Source: Candidatus Heimdallarchaeum endolithica
Lineage (GTDB): Archaea; Asgardarchaeota; Heimdallarchaeia; Heimdallarchaeales; Heimdallarchaeaceae
DNA length: 64,000 bases
Direction: 5' to 3'
Assembly (NCBI GenBank): GCA_021513715.1
Contig: CP084167.1
Coordinates: 2,080,001 to 2,144,000 of the forward strand
In this document: positions 30,307-39,859 of the stretch, one piece after another
Position numbering within the stretch: position 1 is the first letter of the stretch
Layout: each line of letters opens with the position of its first letter
Notes under the pieces: model-generated
Told to the model about the DNA's origin: nothing
The model's database searches: none
What the model saw: only the letters and a program-made list of their open reading frames with translations
Program-made: the position numbers and the translations under genes

Positions 30307-33000
30307 TTAAATTATGTTTTCTTCTTCAATTTCAAGCTTATCCATATTCAAATTTTCTAGCTTGTTAATTCCTAGTTCTTTTATTTTTTTTAATGAACTA
30401 TGGGGTAGTTGCTTAAGAACATAGAAGCCTTTAAACATTTCTCGTTCCAAAAAAACGTATGTTTTAAAATTTTTACCAAAAGCGTAAATAGGGACATGAA
30501 AGGAATAGGAATATAATTTTTTTAAGATAGTCCACTTGCTCGTTTCTATCTGTGTTTTCTTTTTAATTATTTTTGCAATGCTATTGGTACTTTCATTTTT
30601 GCTTTCAAATGGGAGAACCCAATTATCTTTGTTTGTTCTATCAGCAATTAGTGCACCTAATGCTTTTTCGATTTCATCATCACCAAATTCTTTCATTACG
30701 TCAGGTATCAGTACTTGAATTCCTGCCATGCGCCTAAAAACGGTTTGCGCTTGACTTTTCTTCTCCGCGGAGAAATATTTTAACCATTCAAGTGTCTCCT
30801 CTATTTTTTCTTCATAATATTCTCTAAGCGTTCTACCATTAATCTTCGCTTTAAAGACTTGCTCTATTATTTCTCTTTCATTTTCATAATTTAGTATCCC
30901 CTTTTTCTCATATTTTTCTAATACTTCAATCGTTTTATTTAGCATTATCTCTGGTTGGTAAATAGCTTTGGTTCCTTTGTCTATTCCAGTATAGATGTAC
31001 ACATTCGGAGTTGATTCTTTGTAGTCACTTTCTCTGTTCCTATAAATACGCCCCCATCTTTGAATTTGTGAGTCTACAGGAGATATTTCAGTAATTAATA
31101 TATCAAAGTCCACATCAACAGATGCTTCTACCATTTGTGTAGAAATAAGTATTAAATGCTTCCGATTTTTTAAATTATTCTTTATTTTTGATATTCTCTT
31201 ACTCTTTTCTTTTTCAATTATTCTAGAATGCAAAAGTTCTGCATATATTTTATGATTTTTAAACGTTTCATATAAACTAATAGCTTTTCCTACATTATTA
31301 ACAATAATAAGGACATTTTTATCAGGATTAGTTGTCAGTATCTTATTTAACTTTCGGAAAGAATCTTTTGAAACAAAGTAGGATGGGTTATTGTCTTTAG
31401 AATCGTAATTAAAGAGCAAATCATCGATTAATTGAATCTTATGTCTTCTGAGGGAAAAGTTCTTTATTGATTTTTTATCAGAGATATCTTCTTTAAGATC
31501 AATGAGTGTAAAATCTAGATTTATTTCTTGTGTATTTCCTTTGTTTTTAAACAAAAACTTTCGAAAGTATGGAGGAAATGTTGCTGTGATAATAAGTATT
31601 TTACCACTTAATTTATTTATTATCTCTAATGTTTTTATAATTATTGCAGCCATCTCTGGATTATAAGCTTGAATTTCGTCAATAATTACTGTACTGGTTG
31701 GATAAAGAGAAAGAACTTTATCGAAACCATAATATTTCAACGATGTTAGAAAGATCTGATCAGGTGTTGTTAACAAAACAGGGGTAGAAAAAAGTTTAGC
31801 AGAAAGCATTTTGCAATTTATATCTATCTTCTTTCCTTCTTTTTCTTCATCCAAATATTCCATAAATGATGTAGAATGGAGGATACCCAAGTATTTTTCA
31901 TCAAAATAGTTAATTTCTGCTTTTTTTCCATTTTTTGCTATTTTAAACTCTTGAAATCGAGTAAATAAATCATTTAATGCAACACGTAAAGGGAGTGTAT
32001 AAATTACCTTTCGTCCTGACTTTTTGGCCCATAATAAAGCAAATTCTGTTTTACCAGACCCTGTAGGAGCAACTAAGACTATGTTTTTTTTAGAATGGTC
32101 TATTTTTGCAATGATCTCTTTTTGCCATATTTTTTCTTTGTTTGTTATTAATTTAATGGCTTTTGATATTTCCACCTCTAACTGCTGGAAAACGGTTTCT
32201 ATACTTGATATCTCTTCCACGTTTATCTGACCACTGGCCCCATAATCACATCGTCTTAAACACCCTAGAAAAACAAAAAAGGAGTAATCGGGCTTTTCAT
32301 TGTCAATTTCATATAATTTTAATTCTGTTGTTAAACCATACCCTTTCTTGATTTTTTGCAACAATTTCGTCAATCTTATAAATCCTGGTTCTATCTCGTT
32401 TAGTAAAGCATTACTTATGTGTTCACCTAACAATTCTTTTTGTTTTTCTATAAGTGCAATTAACAGCGATTTGATTTGATTGTTGTTTTTAATAATAAAT
32501 TCTATGAATTTCTCTATTTCTGGATAATTATCAATTATATAACGTATATTCTTTTCTTGTTTAACATAAAAATCATTGTAGTGATGAAGTAAAATGGCTG
32601 TTCGAATTTTTTGATTTCTTTCATCATTATTTAAAAAAATAAGAGAAAAAATCACAGAAAGAATTTCATGATCCTTTACTTTTTGATCAGTTAGTTCTTT
32701 AAAGAATTTCTTGACACTTAGCCATTCTTTTTCTTTTTTTTCTGCGTATTTAAAGACCAATCCTTGAAAATAGGGATTGATTTTGCCAAGATCATGAATA
32801 AAAGCAGCTTTTACTAAATCTTCGAGGAAAAAATCACTTTTTATTTCTTTGAAATCTATTACATTTTCATTTGCTTTGATAAACTCATGTAATTTTTTTA
32901 CTTGATATATAATATCTTGTGTGTGTTCCCATAAAAGATATCTTTTTTGATCTTTTGATTTTGCTCTTAAAACTTCTATTAATTCCAATTTTATAACCAC
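30307..33000 (-). CDS. cas3: Cas3 HD nuclease-helicase
   Basis: IHDLGK, APTGSGKTE, IDEIQ, QRWGRIYR. Confidence 0.97.
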   Translation of the reverse strand: MVIKLELIEVLRAKSKDQKRYLLWEHTQDIIYQVKKLHEFIKANENVIDFKEIKSDFFLEDLVKAAFIHDLGKINPYFQGLVFKYAEKKEKEWLSVKKFFKELTDQKVKDHEILSVIFSLIFLNNDERNQKIRTAILLHHYNDFYVKQEKNIRYIIDNYPEIEKFIEFIIKNNNQIKSLLIALIEKQKELLGEHISNALLNEIEPGFIRLTKLLQKIKKGYGLTTELKLYEIDNEKPDYSFFVFLGCLRRCDYGASGQINVEEISSIETVFQQLEVEISKAIKLITNKEKIWQKEIIAKIDHSKKNIVLVAPTGSGKTEFALLWAKKSGRKVIYTLPLRVALNDLFTRFQEFKIAKNGKKAEINYFDEKYLGILHSTSFMEYLDEEKEGKKIDINCKMLSAKLFSTPVLLTTPDQIFLTSLKYYGFDKVLSLYPTSTVIIDEIQAYNPEMAAIIIKTLEIINKLSGKILIITATFPPYFRKFLFKNKGNTQEINLDFTLIDLKEDISDKKSIKNFSLRRHKIQLIDDLLFNYDSKDNNPSYFVSKDSFRKLNKILTTNPDKNVLIIVNNVGKAISLYETFKNHKIYAELLHSRIIEKEKSKRISKIKNNLKNRKHLILISTQMVEASVDVDFDILITEISPVDSQIQRWGRIYRNRESDYKESTPNVYIYTGIDKGTKAIYQPEIMLNKTIEVLEKYEKKGILNYENEREIIEQVFKAKINGRTLREYYEEKIEETLEWLKYFSAEKKSQAQTVFRRMAGIQVLIPDVMKEFGDDEIEKALGALIADRTNKDNWVLPFESKNESTNSIAKIIKKKTQIETSKWTILKKLYSYSFHVPIYAFGKNFKTYVFLEREMFKGFYVLKQLPHSSLKKIKELGINKLENLNMDKLEIEEENII

Positions 33001-33854
33001 CCAAAGTCATTTACTATTGGAAAAGTTTCTAATTTTTTATCCAAATTAATGTCACAAAATTCTACCTCTATAGGACTTTGTAAAATAAGACTATGATCAG
33101 GACTGATGTATATAACTTCTTTAAACTCTGCACGCCTGTAAGTTTCCTTAGTTATTTGCTTTTTAGATTCAACTGGTTGTCCATTATTTTCAAAAATTAC
33201 CTTAGTTGGTACAAAAAATACAGGAAATTTCAGATTTTTGATAGGAAAATTTGTTCTAGTTATAAAAGTAGGATAATGTAATTTAATATCACCTTCAATT
33301 ATCTCTTTTTCAACAGATTCAACAAAATTAACAGATCTGATGTAAGCAATATCTTCTCCCCGGCCTAGACTTAATACCTTTTTTGTTTTTTCCAGTGATT
33401 CAGCAATTTCCTTTATCAGCATAAGTTGCTCTCTTTTTCCTTTTTTTCCTGCTTTTATAAAAATAAATAGATGACCATTAAATAGTTCTTGTACATAGAT
33501 TGGTGTTCTTTGAGCTGTTTGACCATATCCATAAAGAGGTATAGGTTTGTTCTTACTTGCTTGCTTGTTTACTAGCATATTCCGTTCCTTATCAATATAC
33601 ACTTCACCTCTGATGCTATGCTGATAATTCCAAAAAGAGCTCTCAAAACCGCCAAAAATTGCAATTTTTAACTCCCACCAAGTTTCAATTCCTTGAATAT
33701 GCCCGTACCAATCATTACAAGCATTTTGTAACATACCAATAATCGCTGACTTAGGGGGTAAGGGAAAGCTTTGCGCATAATAAAAAGTAAAGGGATTTCT
33801 ATAGAGCGCAAAGGGTTGAAATATTTCAATGAATAATATTGCTTCTTCTGTCAT
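32991..33854 (-). CDS. cas5: Cas5
   Basis: FALYRNP...SFPLPPKSAIIGML, LSLGRGED. Confidence 0.93.
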   Translation of the reverse strand: MTEEAILFIEIFQPFALYRNPFTFYYAQSFPLPPKSAIIGMLQNACNDWYGHIQGIETWWELKIAIFGGFESSFWNYQHSIRGEVYIDKERNMLVNKQASKNKPIPLYGYGQTAQRTPIYVQELFNGHLFIFIKAGKKGKREQLMLIKEIAESLEKTKKVLSLGRGEDIAYIRSVNFVESVEKEIIEGDIKLHYPTFITRTNFPIKNLKFPVFFVPTKVIFENNGQPVESKKQITKETYRRAEFKEVIYISPDHSLILQSPIEVEFCDINLDKKLETFPIVNDFGWL

Positions 33855-33892
33855 ATAATCCCTTTTTTTATTTTTAAAGCAAAATGAGGATG

Positions 33893-34924
33893 CTAATTCC
33901 TATTTTTTGCTTCATGTTCTTCAGCAACAAATTCAGGTTCTACTTCTACTGAACTTCTTTTGTATCCATATAATTGAGAAATATTTTGTGGTACAGTTGT
34001 GTCATCTTCTAAAAATTCCTCTACTTTGTTCAATATATCGTCAAATTGTGCGTTAATAATCTGTTTATTACGATCAATATCAACAATAAATTTTGGAGCT
34101 TCTTTCTCAATAATTTGATGTTCAATCTCATTCATAATAGTACCATCCTCTTTTTCGATTTTTCTTTCATTTGTAATTACTTTATATACATTTGATTTAC
34201 TTATTTCAATCTTATCCATATAAGTTTCATACCTTGCATCGTTATAAAGCCCCACAATCATCAGCCAGGGTGAAAGATTTTCCATGCGCCCTTTAATTTC
34301 CCTTTTAAGTGTAAATATTGTTTCTAATAATTGTTTAATTCTTTCATTTTTTTCTTGTTCATCAATCCTGAATTGATCTCCATCTTCGTCTAAGATTCCT
34401 ATTCTATTTACATCTATAACTAAATTATATACATAGAAATCCTTTTTTTCTTCGGAAGTGAAAGGATTACTACCTTCGCCTCCAGCTCGTTTCATAACGT
34501 CTAGATTTGCCAAAAATTGTGTATCAAAGTTGAATGGTGTCATAGAAATAGCATGTGAAATTTTAACAGGAGATACACGAGTAGTTGCACCTTCAGAACT
34601 ACCTTTTTTGGCAATCATAAAACCAAATAAATCAAATTCTGGGAAGCCTAGGATTTCTGAATCCTTAAGTAGTTGATTATTAGGACAAACTACACCTCCT
34701 TTAGTATTAGTTAATTGATCTGGTCCGGCTAATTTCCACTTATTTGGAAAAAGCTTGTTTCCATGGTGTAAGATACTGTACCGAAGAGCATAACGGCTAA
34801 CCAATACATATTGGCGACCATCCCATTTTGTTATTTTTTTTAGTTCTTGATAATTTCCTGAGCCTTGGTCATAATTCAAGGAATTACCATAGAATACTAT
34901 ATCTACTACAATATATTTACTCAT
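33893..34924 (-). CDS. cas7: Cas7 (Cst2/DevR, type I-B)
   Basis: SLNYDQG.GNYQELKK, VSRYALRY, EFDLFGFM, RVSPVKISHAIS. Confidence 0.93.
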   Translation of the reverse strand: MSKYIVVDIVFYGNSLNYDQGSGNYQELKKITKWDGRQYVLVSRYALRYSILHHGNKLFPNKWKLAGPDQLTNTKGGVVCPNNQLLKDSEILGFPEFDLFGFMIAKKGSSEGATTRVSPVKISHAISMTPFNFDTQFLANLDVMKRAGGEGSNPFTSEEKKDFYVYNLVIDVNRIGILDEDGDQFRIDEQEKNERIKQLLETIFTLKREIKGRMENLSPWLMIVGLYNDARYETYMDKIEISKSNVYKVITNERKIEKEDGTIMNEIEHQIIEKEAPKFIVDIDRNKQIINAQFDDILNKVEEFLEDDTTVPQNISQLYGYKRSSVEVEPEFVAEEHEAKNRN

Positions 34925-35207
34925 CTTTTTCTTTCTCCTTTAAATTTTTACTGTTTGTGTTATATGTATTCATTATTCCGATGATTATTGAATAAGCGTA
35001 ATTGGGAAAAACCTCTTTTGGCATTAAATCATAAGTTGAATTTAGTTGTTCAATCAGTTTACTAAGTTCTTTTTTTGGCTGGTTAATTGCTTTTAAAAGA
35101 ACATAAAAGAATCGTGTTTGGTCATTTGCCTTCACAGTATCCAGAAGAGTGTAAACTAATTTTTGCTTATAGTTGTCTGAAACATCCGTAAAAGATTTTT
35201 CAGTCAT
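34917..35207 (-). CDS. cas11: Stand-alone small subunit (Cas11-like)
   Basis: 96-aa helical protein between cas8 and cas7 resembling the Cas8b C-terminal domain. Confidence 0.7.
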   Translation of the reverse strand: MTEKSFTDVSDNYKQKLVYTLLDTVKANDQTRFFYVLLKAINQPKKELSKLIEQLNSTYDLMPKEVFPNYAYSIIIGIMNTYNTNSKNLKEKEKDE

Positions 35208-35299
35208 TGTTCTTAACTTACGTAATTCAATTTTTGTTTTTTTATTACCATAAACTTTTTGCCAGTAAATTTTTTTAACCTCCTTCTCACTATTTTTTA

Positions 35300-36937
35300 T
35301 TATTTAATTAATTGTAATATAATAATCAAAGCATATTCTTGCCAAGAGTGCTCATTCAGCACTACTTTGTCAAATAGCCATTTGTTTATTTTTTTCAACA
35401 ATTTTTTTGAATCTTTTTTGTTACATTCGTTTAATTTTTTTAGCAAATAATTTAAAAAGTAGATTTTTTGCTTTTTCAGTAAGATATGGATTAAATCCGT
35501 AGAAAGTTTCAATTTCTCATCTTTTGGGATCAAAGAAAGTATCAAACTAGAATAATAAGAAGAATTTCTGATTTCTTCGTTTATGTCTCTTACCAAGAAA
35601 TTATAATCGCTAAAAAAATCTTTTGAGAATAAACGTTTTTCATTTTTTAATTCACGAATTATTGCTTCGATTATTAAAGAATAAAGAGATGAACTAAATC
35701 GAAAAATTTTATTTGAAGAATCAGTGATGCACAAGAGACAATGTTGTAAAATTAGCGGATAAAGAGGTCTTCCACTAATAAATTCTCTTAAAAGCCATTT
35801 TTGTTTGTATTTTTTCTTGATTTTTTGATACTTTAAATAAATATTGATGTTTGATCTTATTTTATTATCTAACAATATACTTGCATGAAGCTTTGAAATT
35901 CCAATATAGTTTACGGATTGTATGTTTTGCTGATTGTCGACGCCGTCATGTTCTATGACATACATATTTTCTAATGAAAAAATACTTTTTTGTTCAAACA
36001 TGTAATCTAAAATACTGTTCCATGTCACTTTAAGAACGTCCTTATTACGATCCTTTTTTTCCAGTCTATTTAGCGATAGCCGAATACTTTTGTTAATATG
36101 GTAACTACTGTGTAGGTTGTTTGTATAAAATAATATAAATTTAGGTTCAAAAAAACTGGTAAAGGCAATAGGAAAACAAAGTAAATAAATAATCACAGAT
36201 TGTTCAAACAGTTCATTAAAATCATCTAGCGTTTGTATTTTACAATATAGAATATTCAAAGCTTCGCTTTCTGCAAACATAAACTTTGAAATAGTTTTAT
36301 CTAAAGCATTAGGGGTATCACTACCTTTAATTTTAGTTCTATAAAGCATATCTTCAAAGGCGAGAAAGACATCACTTTCTTTCCCTTTTTTGTTCTTTGA
36401 AGGGTTACAGAAAGGTAAATTTAAAAAAAATGGTTCTGTAAAGATTATACCAACATTTTCTATTTTTTTCAATACATTAGGACTTGTTTTAGAGCCAAAA
36501 GAATTTTTAAGATCACATTCAAATTCAGAAAAACTTTCTTTGATTTCGTCTTTAAAGTGATTATTAATATCAATAATAGCTTGTCGAACTTCATTTGGCG
36601 ATTGAAAAGAAGAGGGGACATTTTTATAACTTAACAATTCCTTTTGTAAATTCCTTTTCATCTCTTCAAAATGTTTCTTTTTTGTTTTACTTTTACTAGC
36701 TAAATCTTGCTTATTTATCCATTTTATTGCGGTTTCCTTAATATAATATAAAAAATAAGCATAATAGAATTTCTCTTTATAAAGTGGTTGACTAATTATT
36801 TTGTCAAAGCTTTCACCATAAACATCTTCAATTAAAAAGATATATCCTAAGATCCCTGCGTCTATATACCAATTACCAGTAAAAGATATTTGTTCAGTAG
36901 AATTATTTTTCTTTTCATCATGAATGATAACTGTCAT
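35300..36937 (-). CDS. cas8: Cas8 large subunit (Cst1/Cas8b1-like)
   Basis: FTGNWYIDAGILG N-terminal motif; position in the operon. Confidence 0.85.
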   Translation of the reverse strand: MTVIIHDEKKNNSTEQISFTGNWYIDAGILGYIFLIEDVYGESFDKIISQPLYKEKFYYAYFLYYIKETAIKWINKQDLASKSKTKKKHFEEMKRNLQKELLSYKNVPSSFQSPNEVRQAIIDINNHFKDEIKESFSEFECDLKNSFGSKTSPNVLKKIENVGIIFTEPFFLNLPFCNPSKNKKGKESDVFLAFEDMLYRTKIKGSDTPNALDKTISKFMFAESEALNILYCKIQTLDDFNELFEQSVIIYLLCFPIAFTSFFEPKFILFYTNNLHSSYHINKSIRLSLNRLEKKDRNKDVLKVTWNSILDYMFEQKSIFSLENMYVIEHDGVDNQQNIQSVNYIGISKLHASILLDNKIRSNINIYLKYQKIKKKYKQKWLLREFISGRPLYPLILQHCLLCITDSSNKIFRFSSSLYSLIIEAIIRELKNEKRLFSKDFFSDYNFLVRDINEEIRNSSYYSSLILSLIPKDEKLKLSTDLIHILLKKQKIYFLNYLLKKLNECNKKDSKKLLKKINKWLFDKVVLNEHSWQEYALIIILQLIK

Positions 36938-37124
36938 TAGACAACCAAAAATAAATAAAGAGATAATTATTTAAACTTACCTTATTTAAAATAAAGGTAG
37001 GGTCTAGTTTTCCTTCCTGTTGTACGTAAAAAAGAGGTAATTAGGCGGAGACTCTTAATTATTTATTTTGTAGAAAATTAAAGCCCACTTTAAAATGCAA
37101 TTATACCGATTTATTAAATTTAAA

Positions 37125-37862
37125 CTATTTTTTTAAATTAACAAAACCAAAACCCATAGTATTTCGTTCTCCAAAACCCGTATCAAGGCCAAATTTGATT
37201 AATTTATATTGAAAATCATCTACATAGCTCCACTCAAATTCCCACATAGTTGCAGCAAATTTATGTCCTTCACCATGTATGAATAGTTTATTATAAACAG
37301 TTTTTTTATAAGAAAATTGCTCAAAAATATCAATATTTTGGATATAGGTTTTATAAAAATGATTATATTTTTTAATAAGATTTTCTGAGAGTTGTTTAAG
37401 AAAAGCGTGAAAAGGGTAGTGTGGTCTCCAATAAACATATCTCCTTTTTCTTTCTTTTTCGGGAATTTGATACTCGTCATATTTCTGTTCAGGTATTCGT
37501 ATTATTATGGGGGTTGATGAAACAATGTGGATATTTCGTCTTGGTAGAACAATGTCAATAGGCTGAACATCAGTAATTCTAAATTGCATCTCACCAATGT
37601 TGATTACATCTTCGTGTTTCTTTTTCAACATTAGCTGCTCGTATAGAGAATTAATTATTTTCTTCAGAGGTGAAGAAATAATTAAATACTTTTGAGAATC
37701 ACCAAAAATATTAGAAAAACAAAAAAATTTGTAGTCATCCTTTTTATCATGTAAGGAAGAAAAGTCTTTCTTGAGTAGAGAATAAATAAAACCACTAAGT
37801 TTGTTATAAGCATAATCAATATATTGCTTTTTTACATCGTCCATTTTAATAAGTAATCTCAT
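37125..37862 (-). CDS. cas6: Cas6 endoribonuclease
   Basis: YKFFCFSNIF, C-terminal GFGERNTMGFG glycine loop. Confidence 0.96.
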   Translation of the reverse strand: MRLLIKMDDVKKQYIDYAYNKLSGFIYSLLKKDFSSLHDKKDDYKFFCFSNIFGDSQKYLIISSPLKKIINSLYEQLMLKKKHEDVINIGEMQFRITDVQPIDIVLPRRNIHIVSSTPIIIRIPEQKYDEYQIPEKERKRRYVYWRPHYPFHAFLKQLSENLIKKYNHFYKTYIQNIDIFEQFSYKKTVYNKLFIHGEGHKFAATMWEFEWSYVDDFQYKLIKFGLDTGFGERNTMGFGFVNLKK

Positions 37863-37903
37863 CCAAGATTACCTGAATAGTTATAACTATAAATATTTAT
37901 ATC

Positions 37904-38062
37904 AATTCAACCTATAAATCAAATTTAAACTACTCGTCACAAGTCTCTTCTTACTCATCTTTTCTAACTTCAATCCTATATTAGTCCAATTTAAATGATA
38001 GCAGAGTAATTATGTGGCGGTCTGCAAAACCGATTTCAATCCTATATTAGTCCAATTTTAAC
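37904..38062 (-). CRISPR. Mini array upstream of cas6: perfect repeat 38033..38062, 3-mismatch repeat 37967..37996, decayed repeat ~37904..37930; 36-nt spacers 37997..38032 and 37931..37966
   Basis: Same repeat as the main array, regular 36-nt spacing, own leader. Confidence 0.9.
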
Positions 38063-38150
38063 CTTATTTTATTCTTCAGTCTACATTTTTCACTTATCTT
38101 CTTAATTTGTTTCCTTGGGATCGTACATAGTGTTATTCCTTTATAAACAT
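38063..38150 (-). promoter_or_regulatory. Second CRISPR leader copy
   Basis: Shares CATTTTTC.CTTATCTTCT, TGGGATC and ATAGTGTTATTCCTTTATAAA blocks with 28271..28360 at similar distance from the repeat. Confidence 0.85.
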
Positions 38151-38221
38151 CATTGATATTCGTAGATTAAACATTAATATTAGATAATTTAATCTATAAT
38201 ATTCAGATTAAGAAACGTTTT

Positions 38222-38297
38222 TGGAGCAGGGCAAGGGATTTGCACCCCTGTAAAATGGTTTTGCAGACCATCGCATCAACTACTCTGCCAGCCCTGC
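38222..38297 (-). tRNA. tRNA-Cys(GCA), CCA encoded
   Basis: GCAGGGC/GCCCTGC stem, ATGGT-CTGCAAA-ACCAT, U73 discriminator; atypical T-loop TGCAAAT. Confidence 0.92.
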
Positions 38298-38519
38298 TTT
38301 CTTCTTTTTCCATGGAGTTTTAATTTACGATAATTCTTTTTTTTTGTACCTAAAAAAGCTTTTCTATTGTTATCTTCTTCTTTTAAAGCTTCAAACTTTA
38401 TTTTTTAGTTTACTATTTTTTCTCAAAATATTGTTCTTAAAAAAAATAAATAATTAAAAAGAGAATAAAGAAAAGAAAAGAAAAAATTTTCTTCAGAAGA
38501 CTTTGGTCTTTATTTTGCT

Positions 38520-38822
38520 TTATCCGAATAAAGCTCCAAGACCTAGATCTTCTTCTTCTTCCTCTTCTTCAGGTTCTTCTTTTTTCTCTTCAGCTTTTTC
38601 TTCTGCACCACCTGCTGAAGCTGGAGCTGAAGGAGCTGCGGCAGCCATTACTGCTGTTTCTAGAGCTTGTTCGATGTCTACTTCTTCAAGAGCTGCTACT
38701 AGAGCTTTTACTCTTGACTCATCTACTGAAGCTCCTGCTGCTTCAAGAACCTTTTTTACTGCTTGTTCATTTATTTCTTTTCCTAATTCATGTAGGATCA
38801 TTGCTGCATATACATATTCCAT
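38520..38822 (-). CDS. rpl12: 50S ribosomal protein L12 (P1/P2)
   Basis: [11 protein letters not shown]...acidic tail GLGALFG. Confidence 0.97.
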   Translation of the reverse strand: MEYVYAAMILHELGKEINEQAVKKVLEAAGASVDESRVKALVAALEEVDIEQALETAVMAAAAPSAPASAGGAEEKAEEKKEEPEEEEEEEDLGLGALFG

Positions 38823-38833
38823 TTTTTTTTCAC

Positions 38834-39850
38834 CTATCCAAATAGTGCGCCTAATCCGAGGTCTTCTTCCTCTTCTTCTGGCTCTTCTTCTTTTTCTTCT
38901 TGTTTTTGTTTATTGTCCGTGCTTACAGTGGTTTTTTGTGCCACCGAAGCCGTTTTTGCTGCTTCTAGCGCTTTAGCAGAAACAGCACTACTATCTATTT
39001 CACCTATTATTCTAGTCAACGCTAATGCTTGGCTTCTTACTTTTGCGAGTAACATAGGTAATGTTCGTGTTGTTGCTATTCCAGCATTAACAGTCAAGTT
39101 TATTGCTTGTTGATAGACTTTTTGTATCAAAATAGGTAAGCTTCTTTTTGTTACTATTCCTGCATTAACTGCTAAGTTCAAAGCTCTACTATGGGCATAT
39201 TGTAAGTTATTGAGATATTGTTCATAGTCTACTATCAAATCTTTTCCGTGTAATAGTGTTCCATCTTGTAGAGCTACTGTCATGCTTAATCCCACGAAGA
39301 AAGGCTCAATGTTCAATCTTCGTAGTAATAAAGCGACAGAACGAGTTACTTTTTCTCCTTCTTTTGTAACGACGGAGGGTTCAGCTATTTTTATCTGTCC
39401 TCCTTCAATTCTAGTTTTCAGTCCGAGTGATTGCAATTCAGATATTACGGGTCCTGGAGGGATACCTGTATTCATTGCAGGAACAACTATATCATTTGAA
39501 GCTATTTGTCCTGGTTTTGCTGGGGCAGGAACTTTGTTTGTGTTCATGTATGTTGCTAGTTTGAAAGGATTAGTTTTTGTTAATAAAAATGCACAAGGTC
39601 CTTTAATGTATTCTTTTAGTTGTTCTATCCCCTTTACTTTATCTTTCACTTGATCTATTGCTCGTTTCATTAAATTGTTCTTTGCCATTACTATTTTAGC
39701 TTCTTTTCTAAGTTCTGATCTCATCTTCTGTACTACACGTGCATTAATGTTCTCAATTTTTACGAGACCGATAATAGGATAGGAAAGCAATTCTGATTTG
39801 AGTTTCTCTACTGTTTGTATTTTTGCTTCTGAAATTCTTACTGACGACAT
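38834..39850 (-). CDS. rplP0: 50S ribosomal protein L10 (P0)
   Basis: MAKNNL, NPFKL, PAPAKPG, TGIPPGP, GLGALFG tail. Confidence 0.97.
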   Translation of the reverse strand: MSSVRISEAKIQTVEKLKSELLSYPIIGLVKIENINARVVQKMRSELRKEAKIVMAKNNLMKRAIDQVKDKVKGIEQLKEYIKGPCAFLLTKTNPFKLATYMNTNKVPAPAKPGQIASNDIVVPAMNTGIPPGPVISELQSLGLKTRIEGGQIKIAEPSVVTKEGEKVTRSVALLLRRLNIEPFFVGLSMTVALQDGTLLHGKDLIVDYEQYLNNLQYAHSRALNLAVNAGIVTKRSLPILIQKVYQQAINLTVNAGIATTRTLPMLLAKVRSQALALTRIIGEIDSSAVSAKALEAAKTASVAQKTTVSTDNKQKQEEKEEEPEEEEEDLGLGALFG

Positions 39851-39859
39851 TTATGTCAC

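Noticed and set aside
36938-37124. Possible CreTA-like module in the cas6-cas8 gap
   Set aside because: No convincing degenerate repeat pair or mini-ORF could be identified by eye
37125-38297. CRISPR-associated transposon (CAST) interpretation of the tRNA-matching spacer
   Set aside because: No tnsABC/tniQ, Cas3 is intact, and the PAM-distal side points away from the cas locus
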